A stretch of DNA of 64,000 nt, taken from the NCBI GenBank assembly GCA_028534125.1, contig CM052817.1:65722001-65786000 (forward strand). Reading direction: 5' to 3'. Within the stretch, counting starts at the first letter, position 1. Every line of letters starts with the position of its first letter. Below are positions 63,325-64,000 of the stretch, one piece after another. Position numbers and translations under genes: made by a program. Origin of the DNA: Lama glama (lineage: Eukaryota). A model generated the notes under the pieces. The model worked only from the letters and a program-made list of their open reading frames with translations, was not told where the DNA came from and made no database searches.

Positions 63325-63515
63325 CTGCCATTCTCTAGCTGAGTGGCTCTGGGTGAGTCTCTTAATGTCTCTCGCCTTTTTCTTCTTGTGGACAAGCACA
63401 ATAACATTATACCAACTTCAGAGAGTGTTTATAAGATTAAACGACAAGTTGCATGTAAATGTTAATACACTACCTGGCATTTGGCACGCCTAATAAACTT
63501 GAGCTTCTCTTATAA
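63325..63515 (+). mobile_element. MIR fragment
   Basis: CTCTGCCATTCTCTAGCTGAGTGGCTCTGGGTGAGTCTCTTAATGTCTCT...AAGATTAAACGA...CCTGGCA. Confidence 0.65.
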
Positions 63516-63689
63516 TTTCAGAATCACTATTCATGAAATGTTAACATTCACTCATCAGCTAGACAATTATGAAGGTTTCAATCTAGACTCCTAATGTTGA
63601 AAATTATTGTTTAAAAATTTTAGTTGGAAACAAGGTCAATATAATACAAATAATGTATTTACTGAGCATGAACTCTGTGCCACCTTCTC

Positions 63690-64000
63690 ATGTGGAATCC
63701 TCAAACTCTTTGGAGACAGTTCCTACTTTCATCCCTCTGTTTCACCTGATCACCAAACCTATTTCCTCTTTCCCTGGCCCGTAGCTGGAGACCGGGCAGA
63801 CAGCCTAGGTGTGGCCGTGTAACTGAGTGGAGAGGAACGTGTGAGGCAAGGATTACACAACTTCCAGGCTTGATCCACTAGAATCCACCCTGTGCCGTCC
63901 CCTGTGCTCTTTCCTCCTCCATGGCAACCCTGAAAAGTGTATGTTAACGATGGAGGAGCTACAAGAGGGAAGGTCCTGGGATCCTCACCGCCTCTTAGAG
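63690..64000 (+). mobile_element. MLT1 (H/J-like) MaLR LTR, runs off the window end
   Basis: CTAGGTGTGGCCGTGTAACTGAGT...CAACTTCCAGGC...GCTCTTTCCTCCTCCATGGCAACCCTG...GATGGAGGAGCTACAAGA. Confidence 0.6.

Noticed and set aside
195..63822. The many 60-136 aa ORFs in the six-frame track as protein-coding genes
   Set aside because: They are short, often start at non-ATG codons, mostly lie within decayed repeats, and have no recognisable domains except L1 ORF1/ORF2 fragments. This is the expected chance background in mammalian DNA.
1..64000. Prokaryotic systems (CRISPR arrays, operons, defence islands, IS elements) or an intact ERV/L1
   Set aside because: No regularly spaced repeats, no long ORFs and no gag/pol/env. 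All elements are solo LTRs or fragmented mammalian repeats.

Overview
This is AT-rich, CpG-depleted mammalian genomic DNA, not prokaryotic. It is most likely camelid (alpaca/camel/llama), based on two tRNA-derived Vic-1-like SINEs and camelid-style young L1 3' ends. Much of the window is decayed transposon sequence: old L1M/HAL1, L2, MIR, MLT1/MLT2/LTR16/LTR33 LTRs, a MER41-like ERV1 solo LTR and hAT-Charlie/Tip100 MITEs. All family names are from recall of consensus sequences and need RepeatMasker/Dfam confirmation; many boundaries are approximate. I could not identify any protein-coding gene with confidence, and nearly all ORF-track entries look like chance ORFs or L1 remnants. The main non-repeat feature is a small CpG-island promoter at about 30.27-30.63 kb (YY1, GC box, ETS). 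It has a strong minus-strand splice donor and a possible 28-codon Arg/Leu/Ser-rich leader. There are candidate exons at about 5.8-7.0 kb and 22.3 kb. Several CpG-retaining, motif-dense enhancer candidates lie at 38.9-40.5 kb, 47.9-50.4 kb and 53.6 kb. No novel system is demonstrated; the leads below are hypotheses.
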